Assembly (NCBI GenBank): GCA_005880985.1
Contig: VBIQ01000005.1
Location: 350,059-414,058, forward strand
Source of the DNA: Chloroflexota bacterium
GTDB lineage: Bacteria > Chloroflexota > Dormibacteria > Aeolococcales > Aeolococcaceae
Reading direction: 5' to 3'
DNA: 64,000 bases
A program made the position numbers and the translations under genes. Shown here in pieces: positions 19,442 to 28,152 of this stretch; position 1 is the stretch's first letter; each line of letters opens with the position of its first letter. The notes under the pieces were generated by a model. The model was not told the origin of the DNA. It saw only the letters and a program-made list of their open reading frames with translations, and did no database searches.

Positions 19442-21337
19442 GTGCGATACGTCATCGGCACCGCGGGGCACGTCGACCATGGCAAGTCCTCGCTGGTGCT
19501 GGCGCTGACCGGGACCGATCCCGACCGCCTCGTCGAGGAGAAGCGGCGGGGCATGACCATCGAGCTGGGCTTTGCCTCCTGGACCCTGCCCGGCGGCGAG
19601 CCGGTCGGCATCATCGACGTCCCCGGTCACCGGCGCTTCGTCCGCACCATGCTGGCCGGCGCACAGGGCATCGACCTGGTGCTGCTGGTGATCGCCGCCG
19701 ACGAGGGGGTGATGCCCCAGACGCGCGAGCATCTCGCCATCTGCGAGCTGCTGGGTGCGCAGCGGGCGGTGGTGGCGCTGAGCAAGTCGGACCTCGTCGA
19801 CGGCGACATGCTGGAGCTGGCCCGGGGCGAGGTGCGCGAGGTGATCGCCGCCTCGTCGATGCGCGGCGCGCCGGTCGTCGCCTGCTCGTCGGTGACGGGC
19901 CACGGCCTGGCGGAGCTCGCCACCACCGTTGGGCGGACCCTCGCGTCGGCGACGCCCCGCGCCGATCACGGACGCCCCCGGCTGTACATCGACCGCAGCT
20001 TCTCCCTCCCCGGGTTTGGGACGATCGTGACGGGAACGCTCGAGGGCGGGGCCCTGCACCCCGGAGAGGAGGTGAGCGCGCTTCCCGGCGACCACCGGGC
20101 CCGCATCCGCGGGTTGCAGCACCACGGCCGCGCCGTCGAGCGGGCCGAGCCGGGGACGCGCACCGCGGTCAATCTGACCGGACTGTCGCATCGCGAGCTC
20201 CGCCGCGGCATGGCGCTGGTCCGGCCCGGCGTGCTCGCCGCGACCGCCCGCATCGATGTGCGGGTGCGGCTGCTCGAGGCGGCGCCGGCGGCGCTGCGCC
20301 ACCGTGGCGGGGTCGTCCTCTACCTCGGCACCGCGGAGATCGCGGCCGGGGTCTGGCTGCTCGATGGCGCGGAGCTGGACCCGGGCGCGAGTGGATACGC
20401 CCAGCTCGACCTGGCGACGCCCGTGTGCGCCGCGCCCGGCGATCGCTTCGTCCTCCGTCGCGCCGCTCCCGCCGCGACCCTGGGCGGAGGAGTGGTGCTC
20501 GACATCGCCCCCCATCGGCACCGCCGCCGCGACCGCGAGGTCGCCACTGCCCTGGAGCGGCGCGAGCGGGGAGGCCTCGAGGCGCTGGTCGCCGAGGAGC
20601 TGCGCAAGGCGCGCCTCGGCGCCGAGCCGGCGGCGCTGGTCAGCGTCTGCGGCGCCGGGCGCAAGGAGATCGAGGCCACCCTCGCGCGGCTTGGCCCGCA
20701 GGTTCGGCCGCTCGGCGCCCGCCGGATCGCGGCAGAGCGCTGGACCCAGCTGCGGGAGGCCTCGGCCTCGCTGCTCGAGGCGTTCCACGCCGCCGAGCCG
20801 CTGCGCGCCGGCATGTCGCGGGAGGAATGGCGAAGCCGGTTGCGCCTGCCGGCGGCGGTCGCCACCGATGTCGCCCACGCGCTGAGCTCCGAGGGAGCGC
20901 TCGCCGAACGCGACGCGCAGCTCGCACTCCCGGGTCGCGGTGGCGATGTCCCCGACGCGGCCCGCGCGGCGGCGAACGCGGTGCTCGCGGTACTGGAGAA
21001 GCGCGGCCTCGATCCGCCGCCCATGTCCGAGCTTCGCTCCGCCGGACTGACCCCGCCGCTGCTGCGACTGCTGATCGACGAGCGCCGCGTGGTCCGCATC
21101 GCGCCCGACGTCGTCCTCTCCGCCGGCGCCTACGCGCAGGCCCTCGGCGCGGTCGAGGCGGCGCTCGCGCAGATGGGCGAGGCGACGGTGGCCCAACTTC
21201 GCGACCGCCTCGGCGCCACGCGCCGGGTCGTCGTGCCTCTGCTGGAGAGCCTGGACAGCGCCCGGGTCACCATCCGCGATGGCGACATACGCCGGCTGCG
21301 CCGGCGGCCGTCACCGATGACGTCACCGTCGCGGTGA
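19442..21337 (+). CDS. selB: Selenocysteine-specific elongation factor
   Basis: GTAGHVDHGKSSL, EEKRRGMTIELG, DVPGH, IDRSF, RTAVN, GDRFVLR, C-terminal winged-helix region. Confidence 0.95.
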   Translation: MRYVIGTAGHVDHGKSSLVLALTGTDPDRLVEEKRRGMTIELGFASWTLPGGEPVGIIDVPGHRRFVRTMLAGAQGIDLVLLVIAADEGVMPQTREHLAICELLGAQRAVVALSKSDLVDGDMLELARGEVREVIAASSMRGAPVVACSSVTGHGLAELATTVGRTLASATPRADHGRPRLYIDRSFSLPGFGTIVTGTLEGGALHPGEEVSALPGDHRARIRGLQHHGRAVERAEPGTRTAVNLTGLSHRELRRGMALVRPGVLAATARIDVRVRLLEAAPAALRHRGGVVLYLGTAEIAAGVWLLDGAELDPGASGYAQLDLATPVCAAPGDRFVLRRAAPAATLGGGVVLDIAPHRHRRRDREVATALERRERGGLEALVAEELRKARLGAEPAALVSVCGAGRKEIEATLARLGPQVRPLGARRIAAERWTQLREASASLLEAFHAAEPLRAGMSREEWRSRLRLPAAVATDVAHALSSEGALAERDAQLALPGRGGDVPDAARAAANAVLAVLEKRGLDPPPMSELRSAGLTPPLLRLLIDERRVVRIAPDVVLSAGAYAQALGAVEAALAQMGEATVAQLRDRLGATRRVVVPLLESLDSARVTIRDGDIRRLRRRPSPMTSPSR

Positions 21338-22326
21338 CCACCGCCGGTCTCTTCGTCGCCAGCATCCTGATCATCGTCGGGGGGTCCGAGCTCTTCACCA
21401 ACGCGGTGGAATGGGCGGGACACCGCCTGGGACTGGCGCGCGGCGCCACCGGCAGCCTGCTCGCTGCGCTGGGGACCGCTCTTCCGGAGACGACGGTGCC
21501 CATCGTCGCCGTCGCCGGCCGTCGCCCGTCGGCCGACGGCGTCGCCGTCGGAGCCATCCTCGGCGCCCCGCTTCTCCTGCTGACGCTGGGCCTGGCGGTC
21601 ACCGGCATCGCGGTTCTGTCGCGACACGACGCGCGTGAGCTGGTGGTGGAGCCCCGTCAGGTGCACCGCGACCTCGGCACCTTCATCGCCGGGTTCAGCA
21701 TTCTGATGGTCGGCTTCGTCCTTCCTGAGTGGGCTCGGGTTGTGGCGGCGATTGCGGTGCTGGTGCTCTATGCCGGCTATGTCCGAGCCACCCTGCGCGG
21801 CGGCGATCCGTCGCTGACCGAACCCGAGCCGCTCCACCTCGTCCGCCGGCGTCCCGGTGCCCCGCCGTCCGCGCTCATCGGCCTGCAGCTGATGGTCGGA
21901 GTCGCCGCGCTGATCGGGGGAGCGGAGCTCTTCGTCCGTGCCATCGAGGATCTGGCGCATTCGCTCACCCTTGCTCCGCTTCTGCTGTCGCTGGTGGTGG
22001 TGCCGGTCGCCACCGAGCTGCCGGAGACCCTCAACAGCGTCCTCTGGGTGCGCGCCCGCAGCGACTGGCTCGCGCTCGGCAACGTTGCCGGGGCCACCGC
22101 CTTTCAGGCCTGCATCCCCGGGGCGTTCGGGCTCGTCTTCACCAGCTGGCGGCCGGGACCCCTGGGACTTGCCAGCGCTCTGCTCAGCCTGGCGATGTCG
22201 GGGGCGGTTCTGGCGCTGCTCCGGCGTGGCCGCAGCCGGGGCTGGTGGTTGCTCTGTTGCGGGTTACCCTGGGTGGTGCTGGTGGCGGTGATCGCCACCA
22301 CCGGCCAGAGGCTGCAGGCGTCGTGA
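21334..22326 (+). CDS. Sodium:calcium (CaCA, YrbG-like) antiporter
   Basis: Duplicated alpha repeats GTALPET and ATELPET, GNVAGA; GTGA overlap with the selB stop. Confidence 0.85.
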   Translation: MTTAGLFVASILIIVGGSELFTNAVEWAGHRLGLARGATGSLLAALGTALPETTVPIVAVAGRRPSADGVAVGAILGAPLLLLTLGLAVTGIAVLSRHDARELVVEPRQVHRDLGTFIAGFSILMVGFVLPEWARVVAAIAVLVLYAGYVRATLRGGDPSLTEPEPLHLVRRRPGAPPSALIGLQLMVGVAALIGGAELFVRAIEDLAHSLTLAPLLLSLVVVPVATELPETLNSVLWVRARSDWLALGNVAGATAFQACIPGAFGLVFTSWRPGPLGLASALLSLAMSGAVLALLRRGRSRGWWLLCCGLPWVVLVAVIATTGQRLQAS

Positions 22327-22371
22327 TCACGCGTGCCCGCCGCCGCACGGTGCAGCGCCGCGAGCATCGCA

Positions 22372-22872
22372 CTACCGGGCGACGGCGACCTCGATCGGGG
22401 TCAGCATGCGGATCGCGTGCCGCCGTACCAGCAGCATCGCCTCACGGCGTTCCATCTCGGTGCCGATGATCTCCGCGTCGGTCACCGGAAGGAACTCGGA
22501 TCCGCCCATGTTGACGAACCGTTCCACGGTGATGTCCGGGACCATGTGCATGTCGCCGTCGACGATGTAGTCGCCCACCAGCATGCGCATCCGCCGCCGC
22601 TGCTTGGCGACGCGAAGCTCGACCAGCGGTGGCCGCTCCTTGTCGGGGATCACGAAGAGCAACTGCGAGGTGGTCACCGCCACCTCGGAGAGATCGGTGC
22701 CGAAACCCTCGGCACCCTCGAGGGTGGCATCGCCGAGCACCAGCATCGGGCGACCGCTGCTCTCGTTGAGATGGTCGGAGACGCGCTGCACGCCCGAGCG
22801 CAGCAGGCGACCGCGGACGATGAAGTCGGACCCGATCAGGGTGAGGACGGTGGCGTCGTCGGGGGGGGCCAT
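22372..22872 (-). CDS. Conserved hypothetical protein with two similar beta-rich halves
   Basis: Coding-like codon usage; R.SD.LN and VDGDMHM...FLPVTDA halves; CATCAT -10 lies 7 nt before ATG 22872. Confidence 0.65.
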   Translation of the reverse strand: MAPPDDATVLTLIGSDFIVRGRLLRSGVQRVSDHLNESSGRPMLVLGDATLEGAEGFGTDLSEVAVTTSQLLFVIPDKERPPLVELRVAKQRRRMRMLVGDYIVDGDMHMVPDITVERFVNMGGSEFLPVTDAEIIGTEMERREAMLLVRRHAIRMLTPIEVAVAR

Positions 22873-22991
22873 GGCGGGCATGATGCCAGCTGGGAGGCGC
22901 TCCTGTGCTGCGGCCTCGCCCGATGCGGCACACTGCCCGGTCGCGCCGGTGCGGCGCTCTGTGCCTCGGTCAGCGTTGGAGTAAGCATTTC

Positions 22992-23891
22992 ATGAACCTG
23001 GACGCGAAGGTCGCGGTGGTCACCGGCAGCGGTCGCGGCATCGGACGCGCCTACGCCCAGGCGCTGGCGGCGGCCGGCGCCGCGGTGGTCGTCAACGACG
23101 TCGACGGCGACGTCGCCCAGGAGGCCGTCGACTCGATCACCGGCGCCGGCGGCCGAGCCGTGTCGGAGGTCGTCGGGGTGGCCAGCAGCGAGGCCGCCGA
23201 CCGCCTCGTCAACCGCGCCGTCGAGGCCTTCGGCCGCCTCGACGTGATGTGCACCAACGCCGGCATCCTGCGCGACCGGGTGCTCTGGAAGATGACCGAC
23301 GAGGACTTCGACGCGGTGATCGAGACCCACCTGCGCGGCACCTTCACCTGCGCCCGTGCCGCCGCGACCCGGATGCGCGAGCAGGGCGACGGCGGCCGCA
23401 TCGTGGTGGTGTCGTCGATCGCCGGACAGCGCGGCAACTTCGGACAGACCAACTATGCCGCCGCCAAGGCGGGCATCGCGGCGTTCGCGCGCACCTGGGC
23501 GATGGAACTCGCCAAGTCCAACATCACCGTCAACGCCATCGTCCCCAATGCCATCACCCGGATGATCGCCACCATCCCCGGCATGGGACCGCTGGTCGAG
23601 GCCGCCGAGCGCGGCGAGCCGATCGACGACTCGATCCGCAAGGGCATGGGCATGGGTCGCCCCGAGGATGTGGCACCGCTCATCGTCTTCCTCGCCTCCG
23701 ACGCCGCCAAGGATGTCACCGGCCAGTGCGTCGGTCTCGGCGGCGACAAGCTGTCGCTGTGGTCGCATCCGCAGGAGATCCGCGTCGCCTATCGCGATGG
23801 GGGTTGGTCAGCCGACGACATCGCCGCGGTCTGGAGCACAGCGGTGGGACAGCGGCTGGAGACCTACGGCATCCCGTTCCTGGGCGGCTAG
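22992..23891 (+). CDS. SDR-family oxidoreductase (3-oxoacyl reductase-like)
   Basis: TGSGRGIG, NAGILRD, NFGQTNYAAAK (YxxxK). Confidence 0.92.
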   Translation: MNLDAKVAVVTGSGRGIGRAYAQALAAAGAAVVVNDVDGDVAQEAVDSITGAGGRAVSEVVGVASSEAADRLVNRAVEAFGRLDVMCTNAGILRDRVLWKMTDEDFDAVIETHLRGTFTCARAAATRMREQGDGGRIVVVSSIAGQRGNFGQTNYAAAKAGIAAFARTWAMELAKSNITVNAIVPNAITRMIATIPGMGPLVEAAERGEPIDDSIRKGMGMGRPEDVAPLIVFLASDAAKDVTGQCVGLGGDKLSLWSHPQEIRVAYRDGGWSADDIAAVWSTAVGQRLETYGIPFLGG

Positions 23892-25274
23892 CGGGCGGCG
23901 ATCCGCGGCGACCTGCGACGACGCTCCCTGCTCGACGCTCGGTGTCACCGGGGTCGAGGGGATGACGCCGCTCGGTGAGGTGCCCAGCGAGGCGAGAAAG
24001 AGGATGCCGGCGGCGGCGTAGAGGAGCTGGTCGGCGGTCAAGGAGACCGCCGTCGGCGACCGGTCGCGAACCGATGCGGCTCCGGCGGCCCCCGGCCGGG
24101 CGAGCAGAGAGCTAGCGATGGCGACGGCGAAGCCTCCGATCAGGACGGCGACCAGGGTCCCGCTGGCGCCGGCGCCGCCGCCGCTGGTGGCCCGGCTGAG
24201 CACCTCCGCCTCCAGTGCCGCGAGCACCGCGAAGGCGGTGAGGGCGAAGGGGAGGCTGCGACGGCGACCGGCGGTGACCAGCAGGCCCAAGCCGGTAATG
24301 CCGGCGGCTGCCTCCGCCACCGCGGCGCCGGTGACCACCAGGGCGATCGCCGACAGCGCGGCCAGAACCGCCCCGCTGCCCATCAGCCATCGCAAGCCGG
24401 CGGGGTGCGGACGGACCGCCCGCAGGCGGGGCGCCAGCAGCAGGATCAGCAGCGCGACCACGCCGGCGGCGACGCTGCTGTCGACGCTGGTCGCGCGCGG
24501 CGTCCCGGCGACCGCCGAGCCGACCCCGACCACCAGAGCAAACGCCGCCAGCGAGCCCGCCACCGCCGACGGCATCAACACCGCCGACACCAGGCCGGCG
24601 ATTGCGGTGAGGCCGAAGGCCAGCGCGGCGACCCGGCTGCTCTCGGCGCTGCTCGGGGTGTCCGGGGACAGCCCGTAGAACACCATCGCCGGCACGCAGA
24701 GGAGGGCGACGACGGCGAGAGCGCTGCGGAGCTCGCCGCCCAGGGGTGCGGCGCGCAGCAGGAAGGCGAGCGAGAACAGGGCGACGAAGGCGGCGGCGAA
24801 GATGATGGCCCGCAGCGAACGGTCGCTCCCGTTGACCTGGAGGAGCCCGTGCAACCCCCCGTACACGGTGAGCGCGCTGAGGGTCAGCAGCACCTGCGAC
24901 GCCAGCCGGGTTCCGAACGGCGTCTCCGGCTCGGCCGCCGGCGCCGCCGGAGCTCGCGCCCGCGGCGGGAGCGGCGGTTCCACCTCGGCCGGCGGCGGGA
25001 GCGGCGGTTCCACCTCGGCCGACGGGGGTACCGGCTCGCGGGCGGCGCCGATCGGCGCCACCGGGGGCGGCGCCTCGGGCTCCGTAGGCGCCTCGGTCAC
25101 CGGCCAGTCGGGCGGCGCCGGCGCCGGCGGCGGCGGGGTCACCGGAACCGTGTCGACTCCCCAGCCCTCGGGGGTGGTCTCCCCACCCTCGCCACCACCG
25201 GCCGCTTGATCGGATGACCGCCGGTGTCCTTCCTCGCCCTCGTCTGGAGGCGGCGGACCGCTCGACTCGTCCAC
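23808..25274 (-). CDS. Hypothetical multi-pass membrane protein with Pro/Glu-rich N-terminus
   Basis: About 11-12 hydrophobic segments; GGAG precedes GTG 25274; 3' end overlaps the SDR gene by 84 nt, so the end is uncertain. Confidence 0.65.
   Translation of the reverse strand: MDESSGPPPPDEGEEGHRRSSDQAAGGGEGGETTPEGWGVDTVPVTPPPPAPAPPDWPVTEAPTEPEAPPPVAPIGAAREPVPPSAEVEPPLPPPAEVEPPLPPRARAPAAPAAEPETPFGTRLASQVLLTLSALTVYGGLHGLLQVNGSDRSLRAIIFAAAFVALFSLAFLLRAAPLGGELRSALAVVALLCVPAMVFYGLSPDTPSSAESSRVAALAFGLTAIAGLVSAVLMPSAVAGSLAAFALVVGVGSAVAGTPRATSVDSSVAAGVVALLILLLAPRLRAVRPHPAGLRWLMGSGAVLAALSAIALVVTGAAVAEAAAGITGLGLLVTAGRRRSLPFALTAFAVLAALEAEVLSRATSGGGAGASGTLVAVLIGGFAVAIASSLLARPGAAGAASVRDRSPTAVSLTADQLLYAAAGILFLASLGTSPSGVIPSTPVTPSVEQGASSQVAADRRPLAAQERDAVGLQPLSHRCAPDRGDVVG
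24961..25020. repeat. 30-bp tandem duplication encoding AEVEPPLPP(P/R) twice
   Basis: cgcggcgggagcggcggttccacctcggcc / ggcggcgggagcggcggttccacctcggcc, 29/30 identical. Confidence 0.9.
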
Positions 25275-25378
25275 GACCACTTCTCCCCAGGGCGCCCGGC
25301 CGCGCCCACGCACAGCCGTTCGGCGGCAGTGTACCCGCCGCGGCCTGAGGAGGCCGGCAGCGCTGCGACAATCTCGCC

Positions 25379-26257
25379 GTGCTCCTCGGCGGTCACGTCT
25401 CCACCAAGGGCGGCATCGACAAGGCGGTCGACTTCGCCCTCGCCATCGGCGCCGAGGTCATCCAGACCCACCCCTCACCGCCGCAGCAGTGGCAGCCGCT
25501 GCGCATCGATGACAGCGTGGTCGACGGCTACCGCGCGAAGGCGGCCGCCGCCGGCCTGCGCGGCCACTGGTTCCACGCCGTCTACCTGATCAACCTGGCG
25601 ACCCGTGACTCGACGCTGCTCAAGCGGTCGACCGGATCGCTGGTGTCGTATATGAACCTGGCGGCGCGCCTCGGCGCCGACGGCGTCGTGCTCCATCCCG
25701 GCTCGCACAAGGGCTTGGGATTCGAGCCGATGCTGCCGCAGGTTGCCGGTGCGCTGCGCGAGGTTCTCGACCGCACCGACTCACCGGCCCGGTTGATCGT
25801 CGAGAACAGCGCTGGCCAGGGAGGCTGCGTCGGCTGCACCTTCGAGGAGGTGGGACGCATTGTCGACGCCGTCGACTCCGATCGCGTCGGCGTCTGCCTC
25901 GACACCTGCCACAGCTTCGCCAACGGCTACGACCTGCGCACCGCCGACGGAGTCGACGCCGCGCTGCGCGCCTTCGACGATGCCGTCGGCTTCTCGCAAC
26001 TGGTGCTGGTGCATGCGAACGACAGCAAGATCGAGCTGGGTGCCAACCGCGACCGGCACGCCAACATCGGTGACGGTTTCATCGGTCGCGAGGGTTTCGC
26101 CTACATGCTCGCCCACCCGCGACTGCACGACCTGCCCTGGATCCTCGAGGTTCCCGGCGAGGGCAACGGCCCCGACCTGATCCAGGTCAACCTGCTGCGC
26201 GAGCTCGCCGGGCTGGCTCCGGCGACGCCGAGCAGCCTCGACGGAGTGGCGCGCTAG
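25379..26257 (+). CDS. nfo: Endonuclease IV (AP endonuclease 2)
   Basis: GGHVS, HAVYLINLA, HPGSH, ENSAGQG, CLDTCH, HANDSK, DRHANIG, ILEVP. Confidence 0.95.
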   Translation: MLLGGHVSTKGGIDKAVDFALAIGAEVIQTHPSPPQQWQPLRIDDSVVDGYRAKAAAAGLRGHWFHAVYLINLATRDSTLLKRSTGSLVSYMNLAARLGADGVVLHPGSHKGLGFEPMLPQVAGALREVLDRTDSPARLIVENSAGQGGCVGCTFEEVGRIVDAVDSDRVGVCLDTCHSFANGYDLRTADGVDAALRAFDDAVGFSQLVLVHANDSKIELGANRDRHANIGDGFIGREGFAYMLAHPRLHDLPWILEVPGEGNGPDLIQVNLLRELAGLAPATPSSLDGVAR

Positions 26258-26640
26258 CCGATCCGGTCGCCGAGACGGCACTCCCGATCGGGCCGCAGCA
26301 TCACCACCCGGCTGGTCCCGCACTCATAGGCGCCGAGGACCAGCACCTCGCTGCGCACCGGGCCGATCTGCCGCGGTGGGAAGTTCACCACCGCCACCAC
26401 CTGCGTCCCCACCAGGTCGGCGGGACGGTAGTGATCGACCAGCCGGGCCGCGCAGCGCCGGGTCCCCAGGGTTCCGAAGTCGATCTCGAGCCGGTACGCG
26501 GGCGTGCGCGCCTGGGGAAACTCGTCGCAGCGCAGCACCCGTCCCACGCGCATGTCAACGGCGAAGAACTGCTCGGGATCGACCTCGGTGAGGGCGGGGG
26601 CGACCGGCGCCGGCACACCATCCCCGGGCGTCTCGGTCAA
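26254..26640 (-). CDS. csaA: CsaA-like tRNA-binding/secretion chaperone
   Basis: DMRVG, PAY.LEIDFG, AVVNFPPRQIGPVRSEVLVLG; TTG start overlaps the upstream stop (alternative GTG 26616). Confidence 0.88.
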   Translation of the reverse strand: MTETPGDGVPAPVAPALTEVDPEQFFAVDMRVGRVLRCDEFPQARTPAYRLEIDFGTLGTRRCAARLVDHYRPADLVGTQVVAVVNFPPRQIGPVRSEVLVLGAYECGTSRVVMLRPDRECRLGDRIG

Positions 26641-27350
26641 GGAAGGTCCCAGCCGCCGGCCTCGACGTAGGTGCCCGCGATCACGCCGTGGCCGCGGGCG
26701 GTGGGGTGGATGTCGCCGCTGCACACCCAGGTCAGCTCGGCGGCGCGGCCGCGGAAAGCACCGGCGACATCGGCGAGACGGACACCACTGCGGACGGCGA
26801 GAGCACGAATCACCCGGTTGAAGCCGCCGCGGGCGGCGCGGCGCGGCGCCAGCTCGTCGGCGGTCGGGCCACGTCCATGCCGCAGTGCTTCGAATGGGTT
26901 GTAGACGGTCTGGACGCAGGCCACCTCCGCCAGGTCGACCCCAGCGGCGTCGAGGGCCGTGCCGAGTCGGTCGAGGACGACGGTGAGGTTGACGTCGAGG
27001 CGGCGCAACGCCACCTCGTCCCCGTGCAGCGCCGCCTCCAGGATGTCGTTGCCGCCGACGCTCAAGGTGACCGGCCCGATCCGCTCCCCCGCGGCGGCGG
27101 CGGCCGAGATCACCGCCTCGGCACGGTCGAGCTGACCACCCTCGCCGATCAGGCTGTCGCTGCTCTCCCCCGGCATCGCCAGGTTGAGCAGCCGCAGGGC
27201 CGGCTCGAGGGCGCGAAGGCGAGCCGCCAGCAGCGCCATGCAGCCCTCCGAAGCATGGGGAGCGCCGATGCCGGCGGCGATGCTGTCCCCCAGAGCCAGC
27301 ATGATGTCGCCGATGGCGAGCGGGGTTGGCGCCGCTTCGCCGCGAAGCAT
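26637..27350 (-). CDS. SGNH/GDSL hydrolase
   Basis: LGDSI block I, GGND block III, GDIHPT block V. Confidence 0.88.
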   Translation of the reverse strand: MLRGEAAPTPLAIGDIMLALGDSIAAGIGAPHASEGCMALLAARLRALEPALRLLNLAMPGESSDSLIGEGGQLDRAEAVISAAAAAGERIGPVTLSVGGNDILEAALHGDEVALRRLDVNLTVVLDRLGTALDAAGVDLAEVACVQTVYNPFEALRHGRGPTADELAPRRAARGGFNRVIRALAVRSGVRLADVAGAFRGRAAELTWVCSGDIHPTARGHGVIAGTYVEAGGWDLP

Positions 27351-27500
27351 GGCCGACACGGCGGCTAATCGAAGCACATCCGGGCGGCGGCGTCACATCC
27401 GCCACCTATACTCGGACCGCCCGTCCCGACGGGCCGGCAACGACGGAGGGCACGTCTCATCGCCGCACCTCGCATCGCCGCCGCCCTGCTCGGCGCCGCG

Positions 27501-28148
27501 ATGCTCCTCCCCGCCTGCGGCGGGGTCACCCAACGGGAAGCCGACCCTCGGACGATCCTGAGCCAGGCGAAGGCCACCATCGATGCCACCTCGGCGCTCC
27601 ATTTCCGGCTCACCAGCGAGAACGCCCACGGCAGCGGGACCCTGATCACCGGCGCCGAGGGCGACGCCAAGCGCCCCGCTCAGTTCGGCGGCCATCTCGA
27701 CGTCCTGCAGAGCGGCTTCGCCGTTCCGGTCGAGATCGTCTCGATCGGCGGCACCTTCTCCGTCAAGCTGCCGTTCACCTCCAAGTTCGTGCGCGCCGAC
27801 CCGGCCGCCTACGGCTTCGGCGATCCCGCTCAGCTGCTCGACCGCGATCACGGGCTGTCGAGCCTGCTCACCACCGCCAGGACAGCCAGCCTCGCCGGAC
27901 GTGACCGGATCAATGGCGAGGAGGTCGACGAGATCGACGTCAGCCTTCCCGGCGATGAGGTGGCGGCCCTGCTCACCAGCGCGGACAAGACCAAGGACGT
28001 CAAGGGCCGGATCGCCATCGATGTCGACAGCCACCAGACCCGACGGGTGGTGCTCACCGGCCCGTTCTTCGACGCCCACGCCTTCAGCACCTACACCGCT
28101 GTTCTAGACAGGTATGGCGAGAACGCTGCGATCACCCCGCCGCCGTGA
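27501..28148 (+). CDS. LppX/LprAFG-family lipoprotein
   Basis: LLPAC lipobox, ALHFRLT, AEGDAKRP, DPAQLLDRDHGLSSLL, GRDRING. The signal peptide extends upstream in frame without a canonical start. Confidence 0.8.
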   Translation: MLLPACGGVTQREADPRTILSQAKATIDATSALHFRLTSENAHGSGTLITGAEGDAKRPAQFGGHLDVLQSGFAVPVEIVSIGGTFSVKLPFTSKFVRADPAAYGFGDPAQLLDRDHGLSSLLTTARTASLAGRDRINGEEVDEIDVSLPGDEVAALLTSADKTKDVKGRIAIDVDSHQTRRVVLTGPFFDAHAFSTYTAVLDRYGENAAITPPP

Positions 28149-28152
28149 GGGG

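Noticed and set aside
19432-22326. 964-aa ORF suggesting a large fusion protein
   Set aside because: The first 634 codons are an off-frame shadow of selB; only the part from GTG 21334 (CaCA antiporter) is credible.
23808-23891. 84-nt convergent overlap as evidence of a frameshift in the membrane protein gene
   Set aside because: An off-frame TAG exists at 23888-23890, but no specific indel site is evident; convergent overlaps occur elsewhere in the window (57103-57163).
24961-25020. Direct repeat as CRISPR or mobile-element scar
   Set aside because: Only two adjacent copies with no spacer, in frame within a Pro-rich linker.
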